Source: Okamejei kenojei (Eukaryota). From it: a DNA stretch of 64,000 nt. A program made the position numbers and the translations under genes. Numbering within the stretch: position 1 is the stretch's first letter; the number at the start of each line of letters is the position of its first letter. Of the stretch, positions 23,151 through 35,421 are shown piece after piece. The notes under the pieces were generated by a model. The model saw only the letters and a list, made by a program, of their open reading frames with translations. It did no database searches and was not told where the DNA came from. The stretch is from contig CM069146.1 in the NCBI GenBank assembly GCA_035221665.1, positions 39,680,001 through 39,744,000 on the forward strand. The letters are read 5' to 3'.

Positions 23151-25409
23151 TGTGCTAGACAATAGTATTGGAGGGCAACTTCTCATGCGCCATTTTGCAA
23201 GGAATTGGATTGCCACCCAATTGGTCCAAGCAAGAAGAGTCACCAACAAAAAAATATATTTTTACCCTCGCGACTCATAATCTCTGGCTGAAGTCTGAAA
23301 AGCCTAATCTTGAAGGATCATATTAATGTGCCAGATTTCCTTTCTCTGCATAGCAATGCTCCATAGCAGCTGGTGTTCTATCCCGCACTTGACCACTCAC
23401 CGCTATAACACTTCCAGTGGGATTCTCTCATCCCCAGAAATTGGCTGTAAAGAACCTTACTCACGAAATGGTCTCTCGCCATTGCCCATCTGCAAACCCC
23501 ACCTGGACTCATACCTACCCTACAGTCCAGTTTACAGTGCAGCTCCTTTCCGATAAAGTGATTGAAAAATATACTGTTAATGTGCTGCTCAAATTCTGAA
23601 CCAAGATAATGTCAATTAAAATATTGATACACAATTTAAATAATATGGGAAGGGGAAAATCGATGAAGGTTGAGAAGAAGAGCAAAAATTATCGAGACTA
23701 ATATTAATGAAAATACTCCAGAAAAACTAGAAGGGCAAAGAAATGAACATCACACAATATAAATATCAAATATTTAGCAGTCTCGTGTAGCTAGAATTTC
23801 AGATTGAATTAAGGTTTACCATGCAGACTTGATTCGCCATTGGTAATGTGCTGTTGATTTTAATCTATCTATTATCAGAAAGTGCATGTTATCAGACATG
23901 CACGATGGCAATCCTATAAGCTAATTACCTACATCAAACGCTAATGTGTCCACATAGCAGTCCCCCGAGATAGTCTGGCTTTTCAAAATGTAGCGCTGAA
24001 ATAGTTTAAAAAAACCGCCCTATTAAATGAAGCAGGTCCGCCCTTGCACCCTCCCGCCCCACACGACGAGAGATCTCAAAATTGACTCTAAGATGACCGA
24101 TCCTGCCCCAGGACGCCGCAACCCCGCTACAATTAAACAGCAACTACCCCGCTAGACCGGATTTACGCATAAATATTAGCAATACCTTGTTAGCTTCGCC
24201 CCACGTATAGTCCTTTACAGCAAAACAGTGATCCTTAATATTATATTTTGGTTGGAAGCAGGTTTAATAGGATCTATAACTTATTCTGGATTACCCCCCC
24301 CCCCCCCCATGAAAAAAACATTGATCTTAATAAAAAACTCTGGAATTACTAATTCTGTAGTGCTTGTCCTCTACTAAAGTGTCTTGACATTGTTGTGAGA
24401 TTTAACACTATACATCCCCTTTTAGCAAAACAGCATCACCTTATTCCATAATGTTATAGAGTCAATAGAGTCTTATAGCATGGAAAATCAGGCCCTTCAG
24501 CCCAACCTGACCATGTCTCATTCTGGCCTTGAGCCCCTGTCTCATGGTGAACACCAGTGTTGCTTTGATCTTTTCAAATTATGTTGCCTTCAGGCTTAGC
24601 ACCTAAATAAAATGTGAAATATTGCATTGAGTTAAGCTTGCTTCATTTAACAAGCTGTCTGTAGTCTATGTAAAATTTTACTCAATTTAAAGAAAACCCA
24701 TCAAACCAACAGATTAATTTTATATGATTCGCTTCAATTCTTGTTGTGTTATAAGATAAGCAAGATACGTCACATTTATTAATGAAAACCTCAAACATTC
24801 CTGAAGATAGTTCGTAGGAGCATATATGACGCCAAACCACAGATGTTACGAAAGCTCCTTAAAAGACCATGGATGTCTTTTAAGAGCTATTTTTATAAAA
24901 AGAGTATAGCGATAGAAGGGTAGCAATGGATTCAGGAGAGCATAGCACCAATATTCTGGCAGATAGAAAGCAGCTCCCAATGTAGAACAATGCATGAACT
25001 GGGGACAGGGCAAAAGGTCTTGGAGATAGGGCAGTAATCATGAAGGATTCGTAGGTTAAGAGAAGTTTACTCAGAGTTTGCAAGTCTGAGTGAGAGAAAC
25101 TTGAAAGAAAGGAATATAAAAAAAAAGACAATTACTGGATCTGGAAACCATACAGTTCAGCAAGCAAGCAGAGATTTAAATGGCCTCTGACTAAATTGTT
25201 TCATTATGGCTAACTCCACTCAACATAATATGACCTGAAGGAAAATAAATGATTAGATTTTGTACATTGTGTGTGCATGAATCAGAAATCAGGAAAAAGC
25301 TTTCAAAAATACTGGAAGAATTATGGCTTATTTTTTTGGCTGTGGTGATTGTATTTAATTGTTTTTCCTACTTAGTTCATAGTTAGTTATTGAGTTCACT
25401 TATTTGTAA

Positions 25410-25930
25410 TACAGCGAAGCCAAAGTGTGCAGTCATGCATTTTGGCAGTAGGAATAAGTGCAAAGGGACTTGAGGGTGCTGGTGCAGGATTCCAAAAGGG
25501 TCATTTGCTGTTTGAATCAGTTGTAAGGAAGGGCAAATGCAATGTTACCCATTTATTTCAAGAGGACGAGAATTATAAAAAACAGGGATGTAATGCTGAG
25601 GCTTTCACGTGCACTCGGGAGAAAACTGCATTTGGGTATTGTGAGAGTTCTGGGCCCCATATCTGAGGAGGGATGTTGCTGGTGATGGTGAGGGACAAGA
25701 GAAGGTTTATGAGAATGGCCCCGAGGATGATTGGAGTTAACTATGGTGAGCGTTTGACTGGCTCTGGTCCTGTTATACTTGCTGGAGTTTAGAAGGATGT
25801 GGGGAGCCTCAATGAAACTTACCGGAATGGTGAAAAGCTTGGATAGAGTGGATGTGGAGAGGGATGTTTCACGAAGTGTGCGAGAGTCTCGAGACCAGAT
25901 ATATTGGCTCAGAATAAAAGGACGTGCCTT
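25410..25930 (+). mobile_element. Degenerate CR1 ORF2 3' fragment
   Basis: AAGTGTGCAGTCATGCATTTTGG...CTGGAGTTTAGAAGGATG...GATAGAGTGGATGTGGAGAGG; many indels. Confidence 0.7.
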
Positions 25931-26663
25931 TTCCCCCCGAAAATCCAATACCGAGAGATATGTGACTGTGACTTGATAATATATTATTTCAGATCTGAGG
26001 ATAAACGAATACTGTCTCCCGTAGCGTTGTTCGTATCTAGTGGAATCATTGCTAGATTACCGAGCAATGAGTTGTACCGAACGCGTCGGCTGCTCCGCAA
26101 CGAGGGCTTATGTCATCTGAATATTTTTAATAGCTAGCAGATTGACACGCTAGGTTTCTTGGTTTAAGTTTTTTTTAAAGCTGCCAAGGTTTTACTATGG
26201 GGAGAGAGGCATCCTCCAGAAGACGTACACCTCACCATTGTTTTTATAAGGGAACAGTTTTATTCCAAGCTGTTGTCAGGCAACTGAATCATCCTAATAT
26301 CACAACCAAAGAGGAGCAGTGACTGAACTGTATCTACCCCTTTGGTGACACTTCGGACATATGTCCTTGTTCAGACTATGCTCTGGCTTTACCTTGCACT
26401 AACGGTATTCCATTATTATGTACTATTACCAGTAAATGGCTCGATTGTAATCATAAATTGTTTTTTTGCTGACGGAATAGGCATCGCAACAAAAACTAAA
26501 CCCATACCCACCTTACCCCTATCCCAACACACCACCCCATCCCACCCCCATATAACTTCCTTCACCCATTATCAATCTTTCCCCTCACTCACCTCCATCA
26601 ATCAAACCCCTCCCCCCCTCACTCTCCCCATACTCAATCAAATTCACCCACACCCCCCCCCCA

Positions 26664-27163
26664 NNNNNNNNNNNNNNNNNNNNNNNNNNNNNNNNNNNNN
26701 NNNNNNNNNNNNNNNNNNNNNNNNNNNNNNNNNNNNNNNNNNNNNNNNNNNNNNNNNNNNNNNNNNNNNNNNNNNNNNNNNNNNNNNNNNNNNNNNNNNN
26801 NNNNNNNNNNNNNNNNNNNNNNNNNNNNNNNNNNNNNNNNNNNNNNNNNNNNNNNNNNNNNNNNNNNNNNNNNNNNNNNNNNNNNNNNNNNNNNNNNNNN
26901 NNNNNNNNNNNNNNNNNNNNNNNNNNNNNNNNNNNNNNNNNNNNNNNNNNNNNNNNNNNNNNNNNNNNNNNNNNNNNNNNNNNNNNNNNNNNNNNNNNNN
27001 NNNNNNNNNNNNNNNNNNNNNNNNNNNNNNNNNNNNNNNNNNNNNNNNNNNNNNNNNNNNNNNNNNNNNNNNNNNNNNNNNNNNNNNNNNNNNNNNNNNN
27101 NNNNNNNNNNNNNNNNNNNNNNNNNNNNNNNNNNNNNNNNNNNNNNNNNNNNNNNNNNNNNNN
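26664..27163. other. Assembly gap
   Basis: Run of N. Confidence 1.
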
Positions 27164-27539
27164 TAGAGATGACTGGATGTCCACATAATCGTAAAGACTA
27201 ATGAGAGGATGGGGGCTGGAGAATGGACATGCGCATGGACATTCCGACGGAGAGTGTCTAGCAGTGTCCCTTCGAACATAGGTGGGGAGGGCATTTAACA
27301 AGGGGTGATAGGATGGCGTCCAAGGTATGAGTCAAATGTGTTCTCGGTGGGCAGATCGCAGTGGAGGCCCCCCCCTAAGCGGAGGCTTGGCGATCGTATT
27401 CGCACTGAACAAACTCTTGCCCGCTTTGTCTGGTTGCAACTCCGCAACTAGACCAAGCCGGGACCTCCCCGGTGGCTCAGACAGCTATACAACTCGCAGC
27501 GACCGACCAACATGCCCATTTCCGTATACCGACTCTCCA

Positions 27540-28110
27540 AGTCGTCCTGTGGGACACTCGCTCTCTTACGGCCTATAGTGAGCCATAAACAACCTATCCG
27601 CAAAGTTTGGAGGAACATCATCCGTCATATTTCCAGCTTGCGGGGAGGTCTCAATCCCTCCTGGGCTTGAACATAGAATTTTCCTCCCAAATTCCCTGTT
27701 CTGTGTTAACCCTTGCTGTCCTCCCTCCCTTTTTCCCACCTTCTCCCCTCAGCCCTCGGGCCCTGGCCATTTCCCCTCTCTCTCTTATCTCCCCTCCCAC
27801 CCCCTAGTCCCGCACTAGCTACTCTCCATTTCACACCACAAACAGCTTACAATGAGCTTGTTCATTACATCCTATACTTTTTTGCATATCTTTCATTCAT
27901 TGTATCGATATATCTCTCCATCATCAGCTGCCCAGTCCTATATCTCTCCACTGTTTCCCGATAAAAATGAAAAGTGGCAATAACTTGATCCCTGACCAGT
28001 CTGGAAGAAGGGCACATCAAACAAACCCGAAATGTCCGCCTATCTCTTCGACTCCCGTTAGATCCTCAGCTGCTACCCGCTAGAAGTATTTTTCTATCCA
28101 GCCTATTTGT
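27540..28110 (+). mobile_element. Degenerate Penelope-like 3' region
   Basis: Remnant of KLEEHH.IFQL...GLNIEFS (cf. 60590-60676), then a pyrimidine-rich UTR and ACCAGTCTGGAAGAAGGG...CCCGAAATGTC. Confidence 0.55.
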
Positions 28111-29444
28111 CGTACCCCTGACTTATTCTTGTTATTCTTAAATTACATAACGAACAAGTTTGAAAGAAATGGCACTGAATGTACATGTTAGGACGCGGCA
28201 TTGTATATAATACTTTACCAAAATATATGTGCACTAATTAATGATGAAATGAGAGTGCAAGGGAACAATTAAAAATCATGCCACTTGCAAGCTGCATCTA
28301 CAGGCATGATAAAACGCAGATAACAGCAACAAAAACCAGAAATGATACTCAAACGATTACTGCGCTAACAATCTGCAGATAGTTGCAAAAGCTAAAAGGC
28401 TGGCACGTAAACAAATTGCAAGACATCATTGAAGCAGACTGGTCTACCTGCAGAGTCCCAGTTGGCAGGGTTGCTGAGGGATTGGAAATGTACCCAATGA
28501 GGCTTAAATGCGATTTGCAACATGTCACTCATGCAGGAGGACTCAGCAAGTGATACGCATTACATGCCAAATGCACTGTATAAAGACATAGAAGCCCAAA
28601 AGCGCTACTGGTCGGGCAGTACAAGCATTTAAGAGGGGGCCTGTACACCAGATGCCTCGCAAAAGCAAAAGAATTTCTGGCCCCAGAAAGTTTTTTTCTT
28701 TCAGCCACTTGAGTTAACAAAAAGGAAGTCTGAGTGCACTGGCATTATAGTTTCTATAGATGTCAATATAATTTGCCCAGAACTCCCAGTTTAAATATCA
28801 TGGATAAAGAGACCAGCACAGAGAAACGCAAAGTGTGTCACGTTGGAAAATATACTTTAATTTCCCTTTGCAGACTTCAAGCTTGTTTAAGGAACTAATG
28901 CCAATTCAACTATTGTCTTTCTTGTTCACGAGTCCCTGTTCTTTGGATAAAGTTTCAGTTTTGGATAAGACCTCACTGCAATTTCTTGCCGCTCAAAGAC
29001 TTATTGCTAGTCTAGGATAGAATGCAGACATGGTTTATGGTGCTTATTGATTATTTATTTGGGGATTGAAACTTCTATATTATCACGTGAGAACATGTCA
29101 ACAGTGAAAATTTCATTGTTCTCTTTGCATCACCAACGTAAGGTGGTGTCCAGGAAGTGGAACCCCCTCCGAGCCACCTCACTCTGCGTCTACACGAGAA
29201 TCGGCGCCAGGGTTGGGCTTTCGGAAAGTACCACTCACCAGGCTCCCGACGGCTTCCACGCCAGGGTGCCACCGCAGCTGCAGGTTCACCCATCCCAACA
29301 TGGGCCCGGCTCGCCCGGCTAGTGATCCCTCTGCTAGGGAGCCACAGAGCTCCCAGGTGCTTACGGTCATCTGCATCTGCTGGTCTTGCATTCCTGCCAC
29401 CGTTGTGGGACAAAGCCGTTTGAACACACTGCGGCACCCTTTGT

Positions 29445-29900
29445 ACTCGCATTGGAGTTTTAGAAGGATGAGGGGGGACCACTGCCTCATTGGAAAACTT
29501 TACCAATAATTGGAGAAAGGCTTGAAAGAGTGGAATGTGGAGACGGAAGTGTCCTCCCGACAACTGGAGAAGTCCCAGGACTCAGTAGTCATTCTATGCC
29601 TCAGAAAAATTAAAGTTCCTTTAAGGAAAGGAAGATGAGGAGGAATCTATTTAGTCAGAGGGTGTGTATCAGTGGATTTCTTTAATGCCACATGACCTAG
29701 AAGGCTGTGGAGGCATAAGTCCAATTGCATATTTTCTAAAGGCCAACGAGATAGAGATATAATATCTTGAATTAGTTACGAGTGACCCAGGGGTTAATGG
29801 GGAAGAAGGGCAGGAGAATGGTGTTAAGAAGAGGAGAGATTAGATCTGCCATGAATGACACGAGCTAGACTTGATGGGCCGAGATGTAGTCATATAATAT
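29445..29900 (+). mobile_element. Degenerate CR1 3' fragment
   Basis: TACTCGCATTGGAGTTTTAGAAGGATGAGGGGG...GATGAGGAGGAATCTATTTAGTCAGAGGGTG...GATGGGCCGA. Confidence 0.65.
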
Positions 29901-31176
29901 TTCCGCCTCCTATCCACTTGCTGAACCTTACCAATCCTTATGGCTCCGTACGCGGTTGTCTCTCCCCCCCTCAAGCCGGATACCTCGGTCAATATGCCAC
30001 CCATGTCGACACCACTCTGGAAACAATTTTAGCGTGTTTCTTGCAACGTTATAAAAGTGTATCATGGATGCTAAATACAGAAAAGTCGACATTATACACC
30101 AACTTGTCAAATGCAAGGGAAATCACTTTCACATTTCGATAGCATCATGAATTGGTTCTTCAAAACGCCTACAATTTTCTTCTTAGTAAAAAATAATATG
30201 ACCTTGACAATTGTCCCCTGAACCAATGTCTGCCTACAAAAATGAAACCTCTTAAGTAAAAGCTCGCACTGCATGTCACAAAAAACTGGTTGTCCCACAA
30301 AGAGTAAAATAGCGTGATTACAAGAATGCAATTTCTAAGTTAATTGCTGCGCTTGTGTTGGTGTAGTCCTTTATTCTTCTTCCCAGTAGTGTAGGATAGC
30401 AAATATCCGCATATTTAGCACAATACTGAAGCCATGCATTTATCCAGATGAGAAAAAGCTATAATTTTGTCCGCAATCGATTTCACTCACCTTGAAGCAA
30501 GACGTGGTAATGTTTGAAGTCCTGTGAGTAGGTTTAATCTTCCATTGATGTTGCAGCTGGTGATGATTACACATCGGATGGGAATGTGAGCTAGAGACCC
30601 TGAGCGTCTGTGTAACGATAGTGAAAGTCAAATCTAAAAAGCACTTTGAACAGCAACTAAACAATGGATTTTACAGCTGTTTGACTCAGCAAGCCTATGC
30701 TCAAACCCACTGGATACAAGTAAAGAAAAGAACCACCCGTTCTGTTTATCTCTCTGGGCAGAAATTAATAACTGTCTGGAACCCGTGAAATAGATGCTGT
30801 TGTTATTGAAAATAATTTCAGATTCATCAGTTTTCATTTATCTTGTCAGCTGCAAATAAAAGTGGTGGTAGCGCCCACATTAATTCATAGTTGGTGAAAT
30901 AATCAACTGGGATTTTCAGTTCATTATTGCAAAATTATGCAGCAAAGCAGATAATATAAATATTGCATTGCTCAAACACGCAGTATACTTCAGTGAGTTT
31001 CAATAAGCCTGTAAAATATAGTGGTCTATAAATTACCCCTCTTATAAGGACATTAATGCACACGTCCCAATGATACAGCATTTTGTAGCTTTGAAGAAAA
31101 GTTTACGGAAAATAAGTAATGCAATAAACATGCCTCTCTCTCTCTCCCTGTTGCAATATATGTTGTGCCTGATGAT

Positions 31177-31515
31177 GGCTTGTCCCACGGTACGAGTTCA
31201 TTCCCAAGAGCTCTCCCGCTAATGGAGTTTTTGGCCCTGATTCGAACTCGGAGATTTACGGTAATGGCCCACTCGTCGGTACTCGGGGCTTTCATGGACA
31301 TTTTTCAACATGTTGAAAAAAAATCTTCACGAGTCTTCCCAAGCCTTACCTGCCGTTTTAGCGAGTCTTCCCGAGTATCTGCCCGTTAGCGCTAAAGAGA
31401 CGTCCCCGAGCTCCGACGTACCCGCTACGTTTCATTCTCCGTGTTTACCACGATGTTTTTGATTTCTTTTAACTCGGTAGAGCTCTTGGAATTAACTCGT
31501 ACTGTGGGACAGGGC
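31177..31515. mobile_element. Non-autonomous DNA transposon (MITE), probably PIF/Harbinger-like
   Basis: Imperfect ~40-bp TIRs: GGCTTGTCCCACGGTACGAGTTCATTCCCAAGAGCTCT and its reverse complement AGAGCTCTTGGAATTAACTCGTACTGTGGGACAGGGC. CpG-rich interior with repeated CGAGTCTTCCC motifs; no coding capacity. Confidence 0.8.
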
Positions 31516-32261
31516 TATTTATGATGTTAGATCTAAAGTGAACTCCACACATGACCGACTGCAACCTACCATACATGGCTCTTTTCTGTAAGGAAACTAT
31601 CACTGTTCATATAAGCAAGATAATAGTTTGACATTTTCATAATCATGATCTATCTGCATCATTAAACTCTCCCACTCTGCTATTTTTTTAATACAATAAA
31701 TGTGCTTCTTAACCTGCATATATTTGATTTTTAACATTTTAATGTAAATGTTTTTATGTACATCTTTAGGGTTGTACAAAGATGCAAGGAAAGATGCACG
31801 AAATAAGTTTTAATTGTGAATCGCATGTTTTTATTTGTGTTGAGATATTTTTAATCATGTTGCTTCTTGCATTTAGATAGCATAAATCTAATAACACTTT
31901 CAATTGTTGTTGTATAATTATAACAACACACTAACAGGCTTTAACTCATTTTATTTCAGAAATCAAACCTAATGTTCCATGGCAAAAATATTCTGAAGAA
32001 TTACAAGACAATTATGTCTGGTTGATCTTTCACAATTTCAAATTAGTACTGACAGTTTTTATTTGGGGAATATTACAGTGTTAACACCCACTTGTAGATG
32101 CTGTGCTTTGAAGGACATTTTTCTACAAGCCACCTCAATCATCTTCCTGCAGCTCCCCACTATCCAAAACCTAATGTTATCTCACCCAGGGCAAATTATT
32201 GAGGCTACAGGTCCGCCTTGGTGTGAGAGGCAATGTGCCCAGTGGACTTGTGAATTGCATG

Positions 32262-32640
32262 GGTGACCTTTTTGGGTCGAGACCCTTCTTCAGACTGAGA
32301 GTCAGGGGAGAGGGACACAGAGATAAGGATAGTAAGGTGTGAAAACGGGACATCAAAGATGAGTGTTCAAGGAAAGTTGGAGAGCAGGAGGAATCACAAA
32401 GTGGGAGCAGCGAGAGAGGATGTTGCAGAACTCTAGTCGGAGATAGAAAGAGAACTTCTTCAAAATAGGCATAACTTGAGGAGATTTCGCAATGGAGCAG
32501 ACAAAATGTGTAGGAAGGTACTACAGATGCTGGTTTACACTGAAGATAGACACAAAAAAGTGGAGTCCTGCTAAGTTACTCCAGCTTTTTGTGTATATAT
32601 TCTGTGTAAACCAGCATCAGTAGTAGATCCTTCCTACACT
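32262..32640 (-). mobile_element. Penelope-derived repeat with a terminal inversion
   Basis: GGGTCGAGACCCTTCTTCAGACTGA is the reverse complement of the family core; an inverted GTGTAGGAAGG...CCTTCCTACAC pair lies at ~32508-32639. Confidence 0.65.
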
Positions 32641-33039
32641 TATGAATTGCATGTGGGCCTACTTTGATAATAAGTTACATGCTGCTTGAAGCTAGGCCAT
32701 TGTAAACAATGTTAGCAGTTTTTTTTACTGGAAATAGAGTCCTGACTAACATTAAATCAGTCATGGAGAGAACATAACCCAAGTTACTGATGCATAAAAA
32801 CAAATTAAAAGAAGGTGGATCCTCATTGCTTTGAAACATTAATGCTGAATCAAATGTTTCAGGATTGCAGAGAGTAAATATTGTCATGGACAACACATCC
32901 ATATATTTCTCATGTGCAAAACTAAAATTGGAACATCAACAATAAATCTTTGCTGCTAAATTTTGTGTAAATATTTGGTAAGTTTTGAATGGCTTAATAA
33001 TGCATATCCATCATGATTGTGAAGTGAAGAATGAACATC

Positions 33040-33265
33040 ACACCAACAAGAGAGCGGTCCTGAGCTACCGTCTACTTCATTGGAGACTCTCGGACTCTCT
33101 TTAATTGGATTTTACTGGACTTTATCTTGTATTATATGTTATTCCCTATATCCTTTATCCGTACACTGTGGACGGCTCAATTGTAATCATGTATAGTCTT
33201 TCCACTGACTGGATAGCATGCAACAAAAAGCTTTTAATTATACCTCAGCACACATGAAAATAAAC
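33040..33265 (+). mobile_element. LINE 3' UTR fragment (Rex/L2-type tail); related copy at ~26270-26495
   Basis: Shared GGCTCAATTGTAATCAT...GCAACAAAAA tail motif. Confidence 0.5.
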
Positions 33266-33612
33266 ATAATTATTTACCTAACTTGCCAGTGTAAATGGAA
33301 GCTTATTCTTTAGCAGGGAACTATTTTCCCCAACGAGCATGTGTGGCACACCAAGGCATGTTGAGAAATAAAGTCCCACACAAGGACCTGAGCATATAGT
33401 CTTAGCAATAATCAAAGTTAAGCATCCATGGAGAGTTTCATTATTTTATTTCGGAGTCACGTGAGTGACTTCGTGAAGACCCCGCCAGCACGCAATGCGC
33501 GACATATCTTCGCTCGCATTTGCCTTGACAAGCTGGGGGGGGGAGTGCGCTCTCTCCACCAGCTCCTTGAAAAGGCCGTCAGGTAATCCCACTGACCTTT
33601 ACTTTCAACAGG

Positions 33613-35419
33613 ATGGACACCAAAGGCAAACGGAAGGCGACACTCTCCAGGAGCCGCGGGGCATCGACAAGCCAGCGGCCTTTGTCACCGGAGCTGCGAG
33701 CACCACCGGCAGAATCGGGACGGTCGGGGGTAAAGAGTGCGGAAGGTCGGGCGCTTCCATTACACCAGCACCCGACTTATCACCCGAATGGCTGACCGCA
33801 CAGGAGCTGGATACTGCCAACCCAGACTTCATGCCCCCATCCGCCAGGAAGCGGGGGGGAGCAGACAGGTACGTGGACAGGAGCCTCGCTCATCGCCAGC
33901 GACCTCACCTCGAGTTGCAGTGGATCCACGGGGACCGGCAGGGGAACGGCTGTGCTACAGGGGAGCCCCGCAGCGCATTCCGCCACGTAAACTGCCGGGG
34001 AATATATCTGCCGTAGAGCATCTGGCAGAGCTACTGCTGCGTCGAGCAGCCCTGCAGGAGCAGGTGCTGCCGGCATAACACCTCGTCAGGCTGCGGTCAA
34101 GGGCGCCGGTGGCAGCAGTAGACGGTCGGTTAGCTTAGCTCTGGCAGCTGCCGACCATGCACCTCCACGCAGAACATTGGGCGACAGTGGAGGTAAGCCT
34201 GCACGGACTCTGGGGAGCCAGGTTCCGGGGGCCGGCGCCGATTCATCTCCCCTGCCTTCCTACCAGGCAGGTGGGCCGCCACAGTCTGCTCGAAGGCCGA
34301 CTAGCGGAGAGTCCGTGCGGGAGTCGTATGAGCCTACAGGGGCGGTAGGCCACGACAACCTGCCTTCGGACCCTAGTCTGCATCTTACGGAGGTGTGGTC
34401 CGTTGGTGGAAGCCCCAGAGAATTTGCAGGGCCTGGAAGTCGGCTTGTCCGCCGCCGAGTAGCGGGGACGGTCGCATTGAGCGGTTGGAGCTCTTGGTGG
34501 AGCAACTCCTCCAGCGGGACAGGGACCGGGATGAACGGGACTCTCGGGCCTCTACTAGCCATGCCAGGAGCCCACTCAGCCTCTCGTCTTCCCCAGCCAG
34601 GAGTGCCAGCAGTTGTCCGGCTGCTGCCTTCGAAGACGACCCGGGACTGCCGGAGACCGCAGAGCCAGAGCACGAGGAGGACATGCTGGACGTGGTGGGC
34701 AAATTTGCCACGGCCACACACACTGGGGAGCCCCTGCACCACAAACTGGCGGGCACCATTAATTACCTGACCACTCACCAACTTCAGGGTCAGGTACTTA
34801 ATGAGACCATGGATAAATTCAAACCGCCTGAGAACTGCATCAATCTCAGTGTTCCTACGGTTAATGCCCAGATCTGGGGACGACACCAAGATGCAGGACG
34901 TCCGTCTCCAGTGGTTCCTGAAGCTCCTCTCGACGGGCATTACGGCGTATGCCAGGACCCTCGATGGCGACAATGTGTCCAGCGAGCAGCAGGATGCCCT
35001 GGCACTTCTATGCAACACCCAGTTTGAAATAAACTGCCTGCACAAGAGCTCCATCCGGCCCACTCTCAACCCGAAATTTGCAGGTTGTGCCATCCCTCCA
35101 CCGCTCCATCACCTCATCAACTGTTTTTGGAAAAGATCTCTCCAAACAAGTCAAAGAACTCGACGAGGAGGCCAAAACAGTGGGCCTTATGAAACCTCCT
35201 CCGGCTAAACCCCACCCATATCACCATCAACAACCACACACTACTTGGAAGCAGCACCAGCTGGATAGGACGCAAGGGACCTATCCCCCTCCACTTCCCC
35301 AACCGCAGCGGCCTTTTTTAGGGCAAGGCCTGCAGCGGCCCGCATGGAAGATGCGGACGCCATCCCGACAACCACCGCAACGTCCCCCCAAGACGCCATA
35401 CGCCAGGACCCGCCGTTAA
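33613..35419 (+). pseudogene. gag: DIRS ORF1 (gag-like), frameshifted
   Basis: Starts MDTKGKRKA; low-complexity N-half; conserved-looking block KFKPPENCINLSVPTVNAQIW...DVRLQ...IRPTLNPKF...FGKDL; ends RTRR*. Confidence 0.75.
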
Positions 35420-35421
35420 CC

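Noticed and set aside
24030-24230. CpG-enriched patch with GC-box-like motifs, as a possible promoter or proviral 5' LTR
   Set aside because: Short, with no matching second LTR, PBS or downstream gene identified, and it lies near apparently low-quality sequence.
34260-35093. 277-aa minus-strand ORF in DIRS (and similar antisense ORFs in Tx1 and CR1)
   Set aside because: GC-rich antisense shadows of TE coding frames with no independent motifs.
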